DNA from: Candidatus Caccousia avistercoris
Lineage (GTDB): Bacteria > Bacillota > Clostridia > Oscillospirales > Acutalibacteraceae
NCBI GenBank assembly: GCA_018715025.1
Contig: DVMK01000134.1
Location: 1 to 55,377, forward strand
Length of the DNA stretch: 55,377 bases
Reading direction: 5' to 3'
Made by a program: the position numbers and the translations under genes. Below the pieces are notes generated by a model. That model searched no databases and was not told the DNA's origin. It saw nothing but the letters and a program-made list of their open reading frames with translations. How positions within the stretch are numbered: the stretch's first letter is position 1; every line of letters starts with the position of its first letter. Shown here in pieces: positions 26,691 through 36,862 of the stretch.

Positions 26691-28168
26691 CGTGGGCCGG
26701 GGGCCTGCTCGCGGCCTGCGGCGGGGATGCCGTCCAGCTCGAACCAGAAGGTGGAGCCCACCCCCTCCTGGCTGCGCACGCCGTACTTGCCGCCGTGCAT
26801 GTCCAGCACCATTTTCACAATGGAAAGCCCCAGGCCGGTGCCCATTTGGGCGCGCTTGTGGGCCTTGTCCACCTTGTAATAGCGTTCCCAAATATCGTTC
26901 AGCTTATCCTGGGGAATCCCCTCGCCGGTGTCGGTGACCGAAATGCGCACCTTGCCGCCCTCCTCCTCCTGCCGGAGCAGAACCCGCTTGTCCTCGCCGG
27001 TGTAGGTGAGGGCGTTGTTCACCAGGTTGTACACCACCTGAGAAATTTTCAGCTCGTCCGCGTTCACCCAGACGTCCCGTTCCGCCTGGAAGGTAATGTG
27101 GTAGTCGGTGAGCTTGCTGTAGCGGGTGAGAATGCTGCGCACGCTTTGGGTCAGGTTGAATTCGCTCCGTTCCAGGGTGACGGCCCCCGACTGCAGCTTG
27201 GAAAGATCCAGCACGTCGTTTACCAGGGTGGTCAGGCGGGTGGCCTCGTCGATGATGATCTGCACGTTCTCCGGCGTATTTTCCCCCGGAAGATCCCGCA
27301 TGACCTCTGCGTACCCGGTAATGAGGGTGAGGGGGGTGCGCAGATCGTGGGAGATGTTGGCGATGAGATCCCGCTGGAGCGTTTCCACCTTGGAAAGCTC
27401 CCGGGCGGCGTAATTCAGCGTGTCAGAAAGCTCCTGCACCTCCTGGTAGCCCTCGCCGTTGAACTGGGCGTTGTAGTTGCCGGTGGCCAGGACCTTCGCC
27501 GCAGAGTTCAGGGACTCGATGGGCCGCCCAATCTTCCGGGAAAGCAGCAGCGCCAGCAGAAGGCCCAGCAGAAGCATGACCACCGAGACGGTGAGAAGCT
27601 GTATGCGAAGGGTGTCCACCGTCGCGCCCACCGGCGAAATGGTGGAATTCATGAGCACCATAAGCTGCTGGCCGTCGCTGCGTGTGACAATCTGGGCGAA
27701 AATCATGCTTTCAAAGGATTCTTCCTGGCGGGTGTAGGCGGAATTATCCTCCAGAATCATCACCGGCTGGTAGGGCTCCTGGGGAAACCGTTCAAAGTAC
27801 GAGCCGCCGTTGTCCATCGTAACCATATAGACCACCGCCAAATTCCAGTTGGAAAGGCGGTGAATGACGCAGTTGGGCGTGGCGTTTTCCGAGTAAATCC
27901 GGTTGCCGCGGGAGTCGCTGATGATGCAGCAGATCTGGTTTTCCAGCGCCACCCGCTGCAGGTTTTTCTGCAGGCCCTCGCTGTTGATCTCCTGGCAGAT
28001 GGTGTGGGCGGAGGTTTTGATTTCATGTACCTTGATAGCCTTGTAAAAGGGATCCAGCAAAACCACCTGGAAAATCCACAGCAGGGCCAGAATGACCGCC
28101 GTGAACAGGGCGAAGCTGCCGAAGATGCGCCACTTGATGCTCCCCTGCCGGCCCTCCCTACGCCTCAA
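26687..28168 (-). CDS. HAMP-domain sensor histidine kinase
   Basis: two TM segments, ISHDLRTPL, NLVNNA, DTGEGI, GTGLGLSI. Confidence 0.93.
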   Translation of the reverse strand: MRRREGRQGSIKWRIFGSFALFTAVILALLWIFQVVLLDPFYKAIKVHEIKTSAHTICQEINSEGLQKNLQRVALENQICCIISDSRGNRIYSENATPNCVIHRLSNWNLAVVYMVTMDNGGSYFERFPQEPYQPVMILEDNSAYTRQEESFESMIFAQIVTRSDGQQLMVLMNSTISPVGATVDTLRIQLLTVSVVMLLLGLLLALLLSRKIGRPIESLNSAAKVLATGNYNAQFNGEGYQEVQELSDTLNYAARELSKVETLQRDLIANISHDLRTPLTLITGYAEVMRDLPGENTPENVQIIIDEATRLTTLVNDVLDLSKLQSGAVTLERSEFNLTQSVRSILTRYSKLTDYHITFQAERDVWVNADELKISQVVYNLVNNALTYTGEDKRVLLRQEEEGGKVRISVTDTGEGIPQDKLNDIWERYYKVDKAHKRAQMGTGLGLSIVKMVLDMHGGKYGVRSQEGVGSTFWFELDGIPAAGREQAPGPR

Positions 28169-28838
28169 AACGGTACCCCACGCCGCGAAGCGTTACAATA
28201 AATTTGCTGTAAGGGCCCAGGCTCTTCCGCAAAAGCTTGATGTGGGTGTCCAGGGTGCGGTCGTCCCCGTAAAAATCGTAGCCCCACACGTTGGTGATGA
28301 GTTTTTCCCTGGTGAGGGCGATGTTCCGGTTGTTCACCATGTAGAACAGCAGGTCGTACTCTTTGGGGGAAAGCTCTGCCTTTTGGCCGTCCACGGTGAC
28401 AATGCGGCCGGTAAAGTCGATGGTAAGCCCTTCAAAGCGCACAATCTCCTTGGCGGGCTCCTGGGGGGTGGGGCGCACCCGCTTCAGGATGGCGTTCACC
28501 CGCATCATCAGCTCTTTGGGGGAAAAGGGCTTCACCACATAGTCATCCACCCCCAGCTCAAAGCCGTGGATTTTGTCGTATTCCTCCCCCCGGGCCGAGA
28601 GCATGAGAACCGGCGCCTGGCAGTATTTCCGCAGCTCCTTCACCGCGGAAAAGCCGTCCAGCTCCGGCATCATCACGTCCATAATGATAATGTCGTAATC
28701 GTCGGGGTGTTCCCGGCACATATTCACCGCCTGCATGCCGTTTTCCGCCTCGAACACCACATTGCCCTCGAACACGGCGTATTTCTTGATGAGGTTCCGG
28801 ATATTTTCTTCGTCGTCCACCACAAGGATCTGGTACAT
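28158..28838 (-). CDS. OmpR/PhoB-family response regulator
   Basis: VVDDE, DVMMP, KPFS, RTLDTHIKLLR, RGVGYRF. Confidence 0.94.
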   Translation of the reverse strand: MYQILVVDDEENIRNLIKKYAVFEGNVVFEAENGMQAVNMCREHPDDYDIIIMDVMMPELDGFSAVKELRKYCQAPVLMLSARGEEYDKIHGFELGVDDYVVKPFSPKELMMRVNAILKRVRPTPQEPAKEIVRFEGLTIDFTGRIVTVDGQKAELSPKEYDLLFYMVNNRNIALTREKLITNVWGYDFYGDDRTLDTHIKLLRKSLGPYSKFIVTLRGVGYRFEA

Positions 28839-28905
28839 GCTTCTCCTCCTGCTCCGCCGGGGCGGCGCGGCCCTGGCAAAGCGCGCGGTCCCTTCGTTTT
28901 TTTAT

Positions 28906-28937
28906 ATTGTAACGGAAAAATGTGACTGTTCTGTGAA
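28906..28937 (-). promoter_or_regulatory. two-component promoter with 11-bp-period direct repeat
   Basis: minus strand TTCACA-N5-GTCACA upstream of TACAAT. Confidence 0.45.
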
Positions 28938-28947
28938 AAAAGCGCCC

Positions 28948-28992
28948 AAAAAGAAAAAAGAACCCCGGCCGCGCAGGGCGGGCCCGGGATTC
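28948..28992 (-). terminator. terminator after small membrane protein gene
   Basis: GAATCCCGG...CCGGGGTTC then TTTTTTCTTTTT on minus strand. Confidence 0.65.
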
Positions 28993-29010
28993 CGTACGGC
29001 GGCCGCAGGG

Positions 29011-29223
29011 CTACGGCTTTACGATCCAGCTGATGATTTGGATGATGACCAGAAGCGCGCCGCAGACAATAATGATAATCCCCCTGGCGCGCAGGTTCCG
29101 TTTCGACTTTTCCTGCGACAGGTTTGCCGCCAGCTTTTCGTAAGGGGTTTTCAGGATGAAGACGCCCGCCCCCATGCAGATAAGGCCGAAAACCACACAG
29201 AAAATCTCAAACGCAATGCCCAT
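29011..29223 (-). CDS. small two-TM hypothetical membrane protein (70 aa)
   Basis: GGAGGAGG RBS, own TTGCTA-17-TACAAT promoter (29310-29338), terminator, two hydrophobic segments. Confidence 0.75.
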   Translation of the reverse strand: MGIAFEIFCVVFGLICMGAGVFILKTPYEKLAANLSQEKSKRNLRARGIIIIVCGALLVIIQIISWIVKP

Positions 29224-29410
29224 AACCGAAGCCTCCTCCCCCTCTCTTTCCTGCTTTGCAGCTTTCCCGGCGGGGGGGACAAGCGCCTCCCGCCGCCGGG
29301 TTCCCTTCTATTGTACTGATTTTCTTTTCAAATAGCAAACCTTTTCGCAAATTTCCCTGCTTCCCGGCGCATATTTATAGAGTGTATTCTCGTATGGGAG
29401 GGGTTGCGAT

Positions 29411-30670
29411 ATGATCATCCATGTGGCAGAGCAGGGGGAAACCCTGGCGTCGGTGGCCCGGCGGTACCGGGTTTCGCCCAAAAGGCTGGGCCAGGAAAAC
29501 GGGGTTCTGGAAAACGAAGGCCTGGCGGCAGGGCAGGCCCTGGCGGTGCTGTTCCCGGCCCAGGTGCACACGGTGCAGAAGGGGGAAACGCTGTACGGCA
29601 TCGCCCGGCGGTACGGAATCTCCCTGCGGCAGCTGTACCGGAACAACCCGGGCGCGGCGGCGCAGCCGTACCTTTACCCGGGGGACCGGCTGGTGATACG
29701 CTACCGGCAGAACAAGCTGGGGCGCATAGAATCCAGCGGGTACGCCTACCCCTCCACCCCGCGGGAGCTTCTGCGCGCCGCGCTGCCCTACATGACCCAG
29801 GCGCTGCCCTTCACCCACGAGCTGACCAGGGGCGGCACCCTGGCCCCTCTGGCGGACGAGGCCGTTCTGGAGGAGGCCCGGTCACTGGGAACGGCGGCCG
29901 TCATGAGCGTTTCCAACCTGCGGGAGCCCGACGGCTTTGACAGCAGCACCGCCCACCTGGTGCTGAACAGCCCGGAGCTTCAGCAAAGCCTGATCCAGGA
30001 CATTCAGAAGGAGATTTCCCAGAAGGGCTATGCGGGGGTGGATATTGACTTTGAATACCTGTACCAGCGGGACCGGGAAAAATACCCCCGCTTCCTGCGC
30101 CGGCTGAAGGAGGCGCTGGGCCCCGCCCTTCTGGTGCGGGCGGCGGTGGCGGCCAAGACGGCCGACGGCGCGGGCGGCAGGCTGGTGGAGGGGCTGGACT
30201 ACCGGGCCATTGGGGAAGCGGCGGACGCGGTGCTGCTGATGACCTATGAATGGGGGTACGCCCTGGGCGCTCCCATGGCGGTGGCCCCTCTTTACAAGGT
30301 GCGGGAGGTGCTGGACTACGCAGCGGCGCGGATCCCGCGGGAAAAGCTTCTGATGGGGGTGCCCAACTACGGCTACGACTGGCCCTTGGGCGGGGGCAGG
30401 GCCCGCTCCGTCTCCAATGTGGAGGCGGTGCGCCTGGCCCGCAGCCACGGGGAGGAAATCCTGTACGACCAGGAGGCCCAGGCCCCCTGGTTCCGCTACC
30501 GGCACGAGGGGCAGGAGCGGGAGGTGTGGTTTGAGGACGCCAGAAGCATCCGGGCCAAGCTGCGGCTGGCGGCGGAGTTCGGGCTGCGGGGCATAGGGGT
30601 GTGGAACCTTTCCCGCCCCTTCCCCCAGGGCTGGACCGTGCTGAACGCCCTGTTCCACCTGGAGGAATAA
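29411..30670 (+). CDS. 2xLysM + GH18 spore cortex glycoside hydrolase (YaaH/YdhD-like)
   Basis: two LysM repeats (GETL..IARRY), GVDIDFEY, LMTYEWG, PNYGYDW, VWFED. Confidence 0.9.
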   Translation: MIIHVAEQGETLASVARRYRVSPKRLGQENGVLENEGLAAGQALAVLFPAQVHTVQKGETLYGIARRYGISLRQLYRNNPGAAAQPYLYPGDRLVIRYRQNKLGRIESSGYAYPSTPRELLRAALPYMTQALPFTHELTRGGTLAPLADEAVLEEARSLGTAAVMSVSNLREPDGFDSSTAHLVLNSPELQQSLIQDIQKEISQKGYAGVDIDFEYLYQRDREKYPRFLRRLKEALGPALLVRAAVAAKTADGAGGRLVEGLDYRAIGEAADAVLLMTYEWGYALGAPMAVAPLYKVREVLDYAAARIPREKLLMGVPNYGYDWPLGGGRARSVSNVEAVRLARSHGEEILYDQEAQAPWFRYRHEGQEREVWFEDARSIRAKLRLAAEFGLRGIGVWNLSRPFPQGWTVLNALFHLEE

Positions 30671-30675
30671 AAGAC

Positions 30676-30710
30676 AAAGGGCCGGGGCATTTGCTCCGGC
30701 TCTTTCCTTT
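30676..30710. terminator. bidirectional terminator
   Basis: AAAGGGCCGGGGCA-TT-TGCTCCGGCTCTTT between convergent genes. Confidence 0.7.
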
Positions 30711-30718
30711 ATATGCCG

Positions 30719-31417
30719 TTATATGCCATCGGCGTTCATCTGCTCCAGCAGGCGAAGCACCACCTGCGCCGAAAGGGCGGACGCCCTCTCGCAGTTTTCC
30801 TCAAAGGTACCCACCCCGCTGTGCTGGGCGGTGTCGGAAATGGACCGTACCGCCAGGAAGGGGATTTGATTCACATAGCACACGTGGGCAACCGCTCCTG
30901 ACTCCATATCGGTGGCCAGCGGGGAAAAGCGCCGGTTGATTTCCGCCCGGTTTTCCTCCGCAATAAACTGCTCGCCTGTCACCGTCCTGCCGAACAGAAC
31001 CGGCTGATCCAGCGAGGCGGCGCATTTCCGGGCCGCGGCCAGCAGCGCCGGATCGGCGGGGAAATACACAGATTTCATCCAGGGGTGGAACTCTGTCAGA
31101 ATATCCCCGGCCACGTCGTGGTAAGCAATCTCCTCAGAAACCACCGTGTCGAACAGCCGGACCTGCTCCGCCATGCCGCCCGCCACCCCGGCGTTGAGGA
31201 GGATCTCCGCGCCGAAGGCGTCGATGAGCAGCTGAGCGGCCACGGCGGCGTTCACCTTGCAGACGCCGCTGTACACCATGACCGCCTTCCGCCCGCACAG
31301 TTCTCCCCCGTAAAAGGTCAGCATGGCCCGTTCCCTGCTCCATTCCCGCTTCAGGTGCGGAAGGAAGGGGGCGAGCTCGGTGTCGCTGGCACACAGAATT
31401 CCCACTGTTTTTCCCAT
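30719..31417 (-). CDS. mtnN: 5'-methylthioadenosine/S-adenosylhomocysteine nucleosidase
   Basis: SGVCKVNAA, NAGVAGG, TGEQFI, DMESGAVAHV, RSISD. Confidence 0.87.
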   Translation of the reverse strand: MGKTVGILCASDTELAPFLPHLKREWSRERAMLTFYGGELCGRKAVMVYSGVCKVNAAVAAQLLIDAFGAEILLNAGVAGGMAEQVRLFDTVVSEEIAYHDVAGDILTEFHPWMKSVYFPADPALLAAARKCAASLDQPVLFGRTVTGEQFIAEENRAEINRRFSPLATDMESGAVAHVCYVNQIPFLAVRSISDTAQHSGVGTFEENCERASALSAQVVLRLLEQMNADGI

Positions 31418-31490
31418 AACAAAAGCTCCTTTCAGGCGCGCCGTTTTGCTACAGTGTACCACAGCCTTCCCCTGTGCGCAAGGGGGAGCG

Positions 31491-32159
31491 TCACACCCTT
31501 CTGCCCCAGGCCTGGTACAGCAGGGCGTTGCAGACGGCGGCGGCCACCGTGCTGCCGCCCTTCCGGCCCAGGGCCGCGATGTAGGGCGCCGGGGTGCGGA
31601 GCAGCAGCTCCTTGCTCTCCACCACGTTCACAAACCCCACCGGGGCCCCCACCACCAAAGCCGGGCTGACCGCCCCCTCCTGAATCAGCTCGCAGAGCCG
31701 GATCAGGGCGGTGGGGGCGTTGCCCACGGCGAAAATGAGGGGGCCGGGCAGGCGGGCGGCGCGCTCCATAGAGACAACCGCCCTGGTAAGGCCCCGCCGC
31801 CCGGCCTCCTCCGCCACGTCGGGCTCTGCCATAAAGCAGCGGGCCGTGCAGCCCAGGGCTTGCAGGGCGGGCTTGCTCACGCCGGCCAGGGCCATGTTGG
31901 TGTCGGTGACAAGGCAGGCCCCGGCCCGCAGGGCTTCCAGGCCCCGTTCCACCGCATCCGGGGAAAACGCCAGATTGCGGGCATAGTCGAAATCCGCCGT
32001 GGTGTGGATAACCCTTTTTACCACAGGGGCATGGGCCGCGGGAAGGGGGAAGTCCCCCAATTCCTCCGTGATAATCGCAAAGCTTCTGCGCTCAATGTCT
32101 CCGGGCCGGATATACTGCAGATCCCCGGCTCCCTTGGCGGCGTTTTTTTCCTCTGCCAT
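31491..32159 (-). CDS. cbiC: cobalt-precorrin-8 methylmutase
   Basis: IERRSF, RVIHTTAD, GNAPTAL, PVGFVNVVESK, GRKGGS. Confidence 0.94.
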   Translation of the reverse strand: MAEEKNAAKGAGDLQYIRPGDIERRSFAIITEELGDFPLPAAHAPVVKRVIHTTADFDYARNLAFSPDAVERGLEALRAGACLVTDTNMALAGVSKPALQALGCTARCFMAEPDVAEEAGRRGLTRAVVSMERAARLPGPLIFAVGNAPTALIRLCELIQEGAVSPALVVGAPVGFVNVVESKELLLRTPAPYIAALGRKGGSTVAAAVCNALLYQAWGRRV

Positions 32160-32166
32160 TGTGCAG

Positions 32167-33672
32167 TCACACTCCTTCGTTCAAAATCCGGTACAGGGCT
32201 TCCATGTCAAGGCTGCGGCGCACCCCGGCGGCCAGCAGCTCGTACTGTTCCTCCTTCCAGGCGGCCAGGCTTTGAGGCCCGTCCTCCTCCTGCCAGGCAA
32301 TCCCCTTTTTCTCCAGCAGGGCGCGGGCCAGGGGACGGGCGGCCCCGCTGTCAAACAGGCCGTGCAGGTAGGTGCCGCACACGTTCCCCAGGCAGGCCCC
32401 GTCCTCCTTCTCCCCTTCCCCGAAGGGGGAAAGGCGGCAGAAGGGGGAAACGGGGGCGGAAAAATCCGTGCGGCCCATGTGGATCTCGTAGCCGGAAAGG
32501 GGCAGGCCGGAAAGGCAGCGGAAAAAGCCGGGCAGCTCCCCTGCGCCGCCCCGGGCCTGGGTGCGCGTTTTCTGAGGAAGGAACCGGGTGCGGACGGGCA
32601 GCAGGCCCATTCCCCGCAGGGTTCCCCCCTCCTCCACGCCCTCCGGATCCTCCAGCCATTCCCCCAGCATCTGGTAGCCGCCGCAGATCCCCAGCACGGG
32701 AACGCCCTCCCCCGCCAGGCGGAGCACCGCGCCCTCCAGGCCGTTCTGCCGCATCCAGAGAAGGTCGCCCATGGTGTTTTTGGTGCCGGGCAGGATCACC
32801 AGGTCGGGGCTGCCCAGCTCGGCCCGGCTGCGCACGTACCGCACCGTGAAGGCCGGCTCCTGCTCCAGGGGGAGAAAATCTGTAAAATTGGAAATGCGGG
32901 GGAAGCGCAGCACGGCCACGTCCACCGGGCCGTTCCCCGCGCCCTGCTCCAGCTGGACAGAAAGGCTGTCCTCGTCCTCCAGGCGGAGGGGCAGCATGGG
33001 CACCACCCCCAGCACCGGCTTCCCGGTGAGCTCTTCCAGCTGGCGCAGCCCGGGCCGGAGAATTTCCGGATCCCCGCGGAATTTATTGATGATCATTCCC
33101 TTCAGCAGGGATCGTTCCTCCTCTGCCAGAAGGGCGGCAGTGCCGTACAGGCTGGCGAACACCCCGCCCCGGTCAATATCCCCCGCCAGCAGAACCGGGG
33201 CCCCCGCCATTCTGGCCATGCCCATATTCACAATATCGTCCTGCTTCAAATTGATCTCCGCCGGGCTGCCGGCCCCTTCCAGCACGATCACGTCGTACTC
33301 CTCCGCCAGGGAACGGTAGGCCTTGAGAATGTCGGGGATCAGCTCCTTTTTATACCGGAAATAGTCCGCCGCCCGCATGACGCCGCGCACCTCCCCGTTC
33401 ACAATCACCTGGCTGCCCATGTCGCTGGTGGGCTTGAGCAGAATGGGGTTCATGCGCACTGAGGGCTCTACCCCGGCGGCCTCCGCCTGCATGGCCTGGG
33501 CGCGTCCCATCTCAAGCCCTTCCGCGGTGATAAAGGAATTCAGCGCCATATTCTGGCTTTTAAACGGGGCGGCCCGCAGGCCGTCCTGGCGGAAAATACG
33601 GCACAGCGCCGCAGCCAGGAAGCTTTTCCCCGAGTTGGACGCCGTCCCCTGGATCATGATTGCCTTCGCCAT
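32167..33672 (-). CDS. cobQ: cobyric acid synthase (CobQ/CbiP)
   Basis: [47 protein letters not shown]. Confidence 0.95.
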   Translation of the reverse strand: MAKAIMIQGTASNSGKSFLAAALCRIFRQDGLRAAPFKSQNMALNSFITAEGLEMGRAQAMQAEAAGVEPSVRMNPILLKPTSDMGSQVIVNGEVRGVMRAADYFRYKKELIPDILKAYRSLAEEYDVIVLEGAGSPAEINLKQDDIVNMGMARMAGAPVLLAGDIDRGGVFASLYGTAALLAEEERSLLKGMIINKFRGDPEILRPGLRQLEELTGKPVLGVVPMLPLRLEDEDSLSVQLEQGAGNGPVDVAVLRFPRISNFTDFLPLEQEPAFTVRYVRSRAELGSPDLVILPGTKNTMGDLLWMRQNGLEGAVLRLAGEGVPVLGICGGYQMLGEWLEDPEGVEEGGTLRGMGLLPVRTRFLPQKTRTQARGGAGELPGFFRCLSGLPLSGYEIHMGRTDFSAPVSPFCRLSPFGEGEKEDGACLGNVCGTYLHGLFDSGAARPLARALLEKKGIAWQEEDGPQSLAAWKEEQYELLAAGVRRSLDMEALYRILNEGV

Positions 33673-33679
33673 AACACCG

Positions 33680-34744
33680 TCACTCCTCCTCTGCCAAACA
33701 GGCCGCCAGGGCGGCCAGCAGCCGGCTGTTTTCTTCCGGCAGGCGCACCGCGGCCCGGTAAAACCCAGGGCCAAGGCCCCGGTAATTGGAGCAGTCCCGC
33801 AGAAGGACGCCCCGGCGCTTCATCCGTTCCCCCAGGGCCGGCAGGGGAGAGCGGAAAAACAGGTAATTGGCCCGCGAGCCGTACACCTTCATGCCCGCAG
33901 CCGCCAGCCCGGCCCGCAGGCGCTCCCGCTCCGCCGACACAAGGGCGCGGCTGCGGCGGACAAAGGCGTCCTCCTTTAAGGCCGCCAGGCCCGCCTCCAT
34001 GGCGGGGGTGGAAACGCTCCAGGGCTGGGCGGCCGCCTCCATTTTGTCCAGCAGGGCGCGGTCAGAACAGAAGCACCAGCCCAGCCGCAGGCCCGCCATG
34101 GCGTACAGCTTGGTGAAGGCCCCCAGCAGCAAAAGCCCCGGGTTCCCCTGCAAAAAGGGCTTCATGGTGTACTGGTCCGGCTCGTCCAGAAAGCTGCGGA
34201 AGCACTCGTCCACCACCAGGAGCGCCCCGGCCCGCTGGCACTTTTCCAGGATCTGCTCCAGCAGCCGCCGGGGGATGCATTCCCCGGTGGGATTGTTGGG
34301 ATTGCACAGGAACACCACCTCGCCGGGATCCTCCAGAAGGGGCAGGAAATCCTCCCCCAGGCGGAAGCCCTCCTCCTCCCGCAGGGGGAAAAAGGAGCAC
34401 TGGCAGCCGGCGGCCCGCAGGGCCGCCTCGTACTCGGCGAAGCCGGGACAGAGCAGCAGCGCCCGCCTGGGCCGCAGGGCGTAGGCCAGCCGGAAAATCA
34501 GGTCGGCCGCCCCGTTGCCCACCAGCACCTGGCTGGGGGGCAGCCCCTCCTTCTCCGCCAGGGCGGCGGTGAGGGTGCGGCAGCAGGGATCCGGGTAAGG
34601 GGCGCAGCGTGAGGCGGAGCGGCGCACCGCCTCCTGCACCGGCTGCGGCATGCCGAGGGGATTGATATTGGCGGAAAAATCAAGGGGATCGCGGCCGTAT
34701 TGCTCCCGGTAGGTGAGCACGTCGCCGCCGTGGCAATAGTTCAC
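33680..34744 (-). CDS. cobD: L-threonine-O-3-phosphate decarboxylase
   Basis: [39 protein letters not shown]; GTG start overlaps cbiB stop. Confidence 0.88.
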   Translation of the reverse strand: MNYCHGGDVLTYREQYGRDPLDFSANINPLGMPQPVQEAVRRSASRCAPYPDPCCRTLTAALAEKEGLPPSQVLVGNGAADLIFRLAYALRPRRALLLCPGFAEYEAALRAAGCQCSFFPLREEEGFRLGEDFLPLLEDPGEVVFLCNPNNPTGECIPRRLLEQILEKCQRAGALLVVDECFRSFLDEPDQYTMKPFLQGNPGLLLLGAFTKLYAMAGLRLGWCFCSDRALLDKMEAAAQPWSVSTPAMEAGLAALKEDAFVRRSRALVSAERERLRAGLAAAGMKVYGSRANYLFFRSPLPALGERMKRRGVLLRDCSNYRGLGPGFYRAAVRLPEENSRLLAALAACLAEEE

Positions 34745-35721
34745 AGGAAAAACCTCCCCGTCAAAAAGAGAATCAGGGCGCGGGCCCCCAGGCACAGAAG
34801 GAGAAACAGCGTGGAGGACGCGTACAGCAGGCGGTTGGCCCTGGCAATGTCCCGGGCCTGAACCGGGCGGCCGGGATCCCCCAGAGGCTGCTTTTTCACC
34901 AGCTTTCCAAAATACCAGGCGTCGCCCAGGAGCTGCACGCCAAGGGCGCCCGCATAGGCGGATTCCGTCTGGGCGGCGTTGGGGCTCAGGTGCTTTTTCC
35001 TGTCCCGCAGGAAGATGCGCCAGGCGTTTTTCCCGTCCATCCCCAGCAGGAAGGCCCCGGCCACCGTACACAGCCCCGCCAGGCGGGAGGGGACAAAGTT
35101 CCACACATCGTCCAGTTTGGCGGAATACCGTCCGAAATCCAGGTATTTGTCATTTTTATACCCCACCATGCTGTCCAGGGTGTTCACCGCCTTGTAGCAC
35201 AGGCCCAGAGGAGCGCCCCCCAAAGCCAGGTACAGCATGGGGGCTATTACCCCGTCGGAGCTGTTTTCCGCCACTGTCTCCACCGCGGCCTTGACCACGC
35301 CCTCCAGGGAGAGGCGCTGGGTGTCGCGGCCCACAATCCTGGCCACGGCGCGGCGGGCGGCGGGCAGGTCGCCCTGTTCTGCCTGGCGCTGCACCAGGGT
35401 GCTTTCCACCTTCAAATCCTTCATGGCCAGCGCCTGCCAGCACCAGAAGGCTTCCAGAAGGAAGCGAAGCCAGGGGCTGACCATGCCGCACAGGGCCAGC
35501 GCCCCCCAGGCCAGCAAAAACGAGGCCAGGGGCAGCAGCACCGCCAGCACCAGGCCGGCAGCCCGCCTGCCCTTGGGGGTCTGGGGGAACCAGCGCCGCA
35601 GCGGCGGCTCCAGCTTCCCAATGGCCGCCCCCATCCACCGCACCGGGTGGGGCATCCAGCGGGGGTCGCCCAAGAGCAAATCCAGCAGAAACCCGGCCGG
35701 AAGGGCAAGCAGCACCGTCAT
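34741..35721 (-). CDS. cbiB: adenosylcobinamide-phosphate synthase
   Basis: LD..GDP..PHPV, IVGRDT, ETVAENSSDG, YKAVNTLDSMVGY, SPNA. Confidence 0.95.
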   Translation of the reverse strand: MTVLLALPAGFLLDLLLGDPRWMPHPVRWMGAAIGKLEPPLRRWFPQTPKGRRAAGLVLAVLLPLASFLLAWGALALCGMVSPWLRFLLEAFWCWQALAMKDLKVESTLVQRQAEQGDLPAARRAVARIVGRDTQRLSLEGVVKAAVETVAENSSDGVIAPMLYLALGGAPLGLCYKAVNTLDSMVGYKNDKYLDFGRYSAKLDDVWNFVPSRLAGLCTVAGAFLLGMDGKNAWRIFLRDRKKHLSPNAAQTESAYAGALGVQLLGDAWYFGKLVKKQPLGDPGRPVQARDIARANRLLYASSTLFLLLCLGARALILFLTGRFFL

Positions 35722-36071
35722 GGCAATTCCCCCTTCAGCACCTGGGGCAGGCCGCAGGAGACCCGCACCACCGTTTCTGCCTGCCGGGCCAAAAGCTGGC
35801 AGGCCCGGCCCACCTCTTCCCGCCAGAGGCGTTCCTCCCGCTCCACCGGGACAATGCCGCAGCCCACCTCCTGGCAGAGGATCAGCTCCTTTTGGGCAGC
35901 CTGCTCCACCAGGGCGGCCGTGTCCTCCCCGCGGCGAAGGCATTCCCGCACCGCCAGGTGGAAGTTGTCCCACACAGGCCCGCCGGGGGCCGCGTCCTCC
36001 GGCCGGAAGCCGAACAGCGCCTGGGCGCAAGGGAACATTCCCTGGCCCGCGCCGCCAACCATCAAAATCAT
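35718..36071 (-). CDS. short CobU-like protein (117 aa)
   Basis: MILMVGGAGQG, EVGCGIVP...R.WRE.VGR, RVSCGLP. Confidence 0.75.
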   Translation of the reverse strand: MILMVGGAGQGMFPCAQALFGFRPEDAAPGGPVWDNFHLAVRECLRRGEDTAALVEQAAQKELILCQEVGCGIVPVEREERLWREEVGRACQLLARQAETVVRVSCGLPQVLKGELP

Positions 36072-36847
36072 AACAGCAAACCCTCCCCCATACTCTTTTG
36101 CAGAACCACAAGAAGCCCCGCCAAAATCAGCTCGCACAGCTGAATGCTCCAGCCTGCCAAATCCCCGGTAACGCCGCCGAATTCCCGCAGGATTTTCCGC
36201 CGGGCCCAGAGGAACAGCAGCCCCCAGGCCGCCAGCATGGCGGCCCCGCAGAGCGGCGAGAGCAGGGCCGCCGCTCCCGCCGCCAGCAGCACAACCGCCC
36301 ACAGCACGGCGATGCACCGGCGGCCCGCCGCCGCGTCAGAGAAGGTGCGGGCCAGCCCGTCGCCCCTGGCGCAGGGCAGCGTCAAAATAAAAAGGCCGCC
36401 CATGGCGCGGCTCAGCACAAAGCAGGCGGCCAGCGCCGCCCCCGCCGCAGGGGACCAGCGCAGCTCGGAGGCCAAACCTGTCAGGGCGGTAAAGAACAGG
36501 ACAAGGCCGATGAGGGCGAACGCGCCGGTATGGGAATCCTTTAAAATTTCCAGCTTTCTCTCCCGGGTCTGGCGGCTTCCCAGGGCGTCACAGGTGTCGC
36601 AGAAGCCGTCCAGGTGGATCCCCCCGGAAAGGAGGGCGGGCCAGAGGGCAGCGCCGGCCCCCCGCAGCAGCGGCCCCAGCTCCCACTGTTCCCCCAGGAA
36701 AAGCCACAGGGCCTGCACCCCGCCCACCACAAGGCCCACCAGCGGGAAGAAGGCCAGGGCGTACTGCATATTCCGTTTGCTCCACTCCGCCCTGGGCATG
36801 GGAAGGATGGAGTAGAGGGAAAAAGCGATGAACAGAGAGTTCAGCAT
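36068..36847 (-). CDS. cobS: adenosylcobinamide-GDP ribazoletransferase
   Basis: FPLVG, GGIHLDGFCDTCDA, LEILKDSHTGAF, FGGVTGD. Confidence 0.94.
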   Translation of the reverse strand: MLNSLFIAFSLYSILPMPRAEWSKRNMQYALAFFPLVGLVVGGVQALWLFLGEQWELGPLLRGAGAALWPALLSGGIHLDGFCDTCDALGSRQTRERKLEILKDSHTGAFALIGLVLFFTALTGLASELRWSPAAGAALAACFVLSRAMGGLFILTLPCARGDGLARTFSDAAAGRRCIAVLWAVVLLAAGAAALLSPLCGAAMLAAWGLLFLWARRKILREFGGVTGDLAGWSIQLCELILAGLLVVLQKSMGEGLLL

Positions 36848-36862
36848 AGGACAAATCTCCTT

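Noticed and set aside
23864-28838. Vancomycin or beta-lactam resistance cluster (vanX-like, beta-lactamase fold, TCS)
   Set aside because: No D-Ala-D-Lac/Ser ligase, vanH or vanY; the SxxK protein has no signal peptide; the TCS is separated by mrp and on the opposite strand
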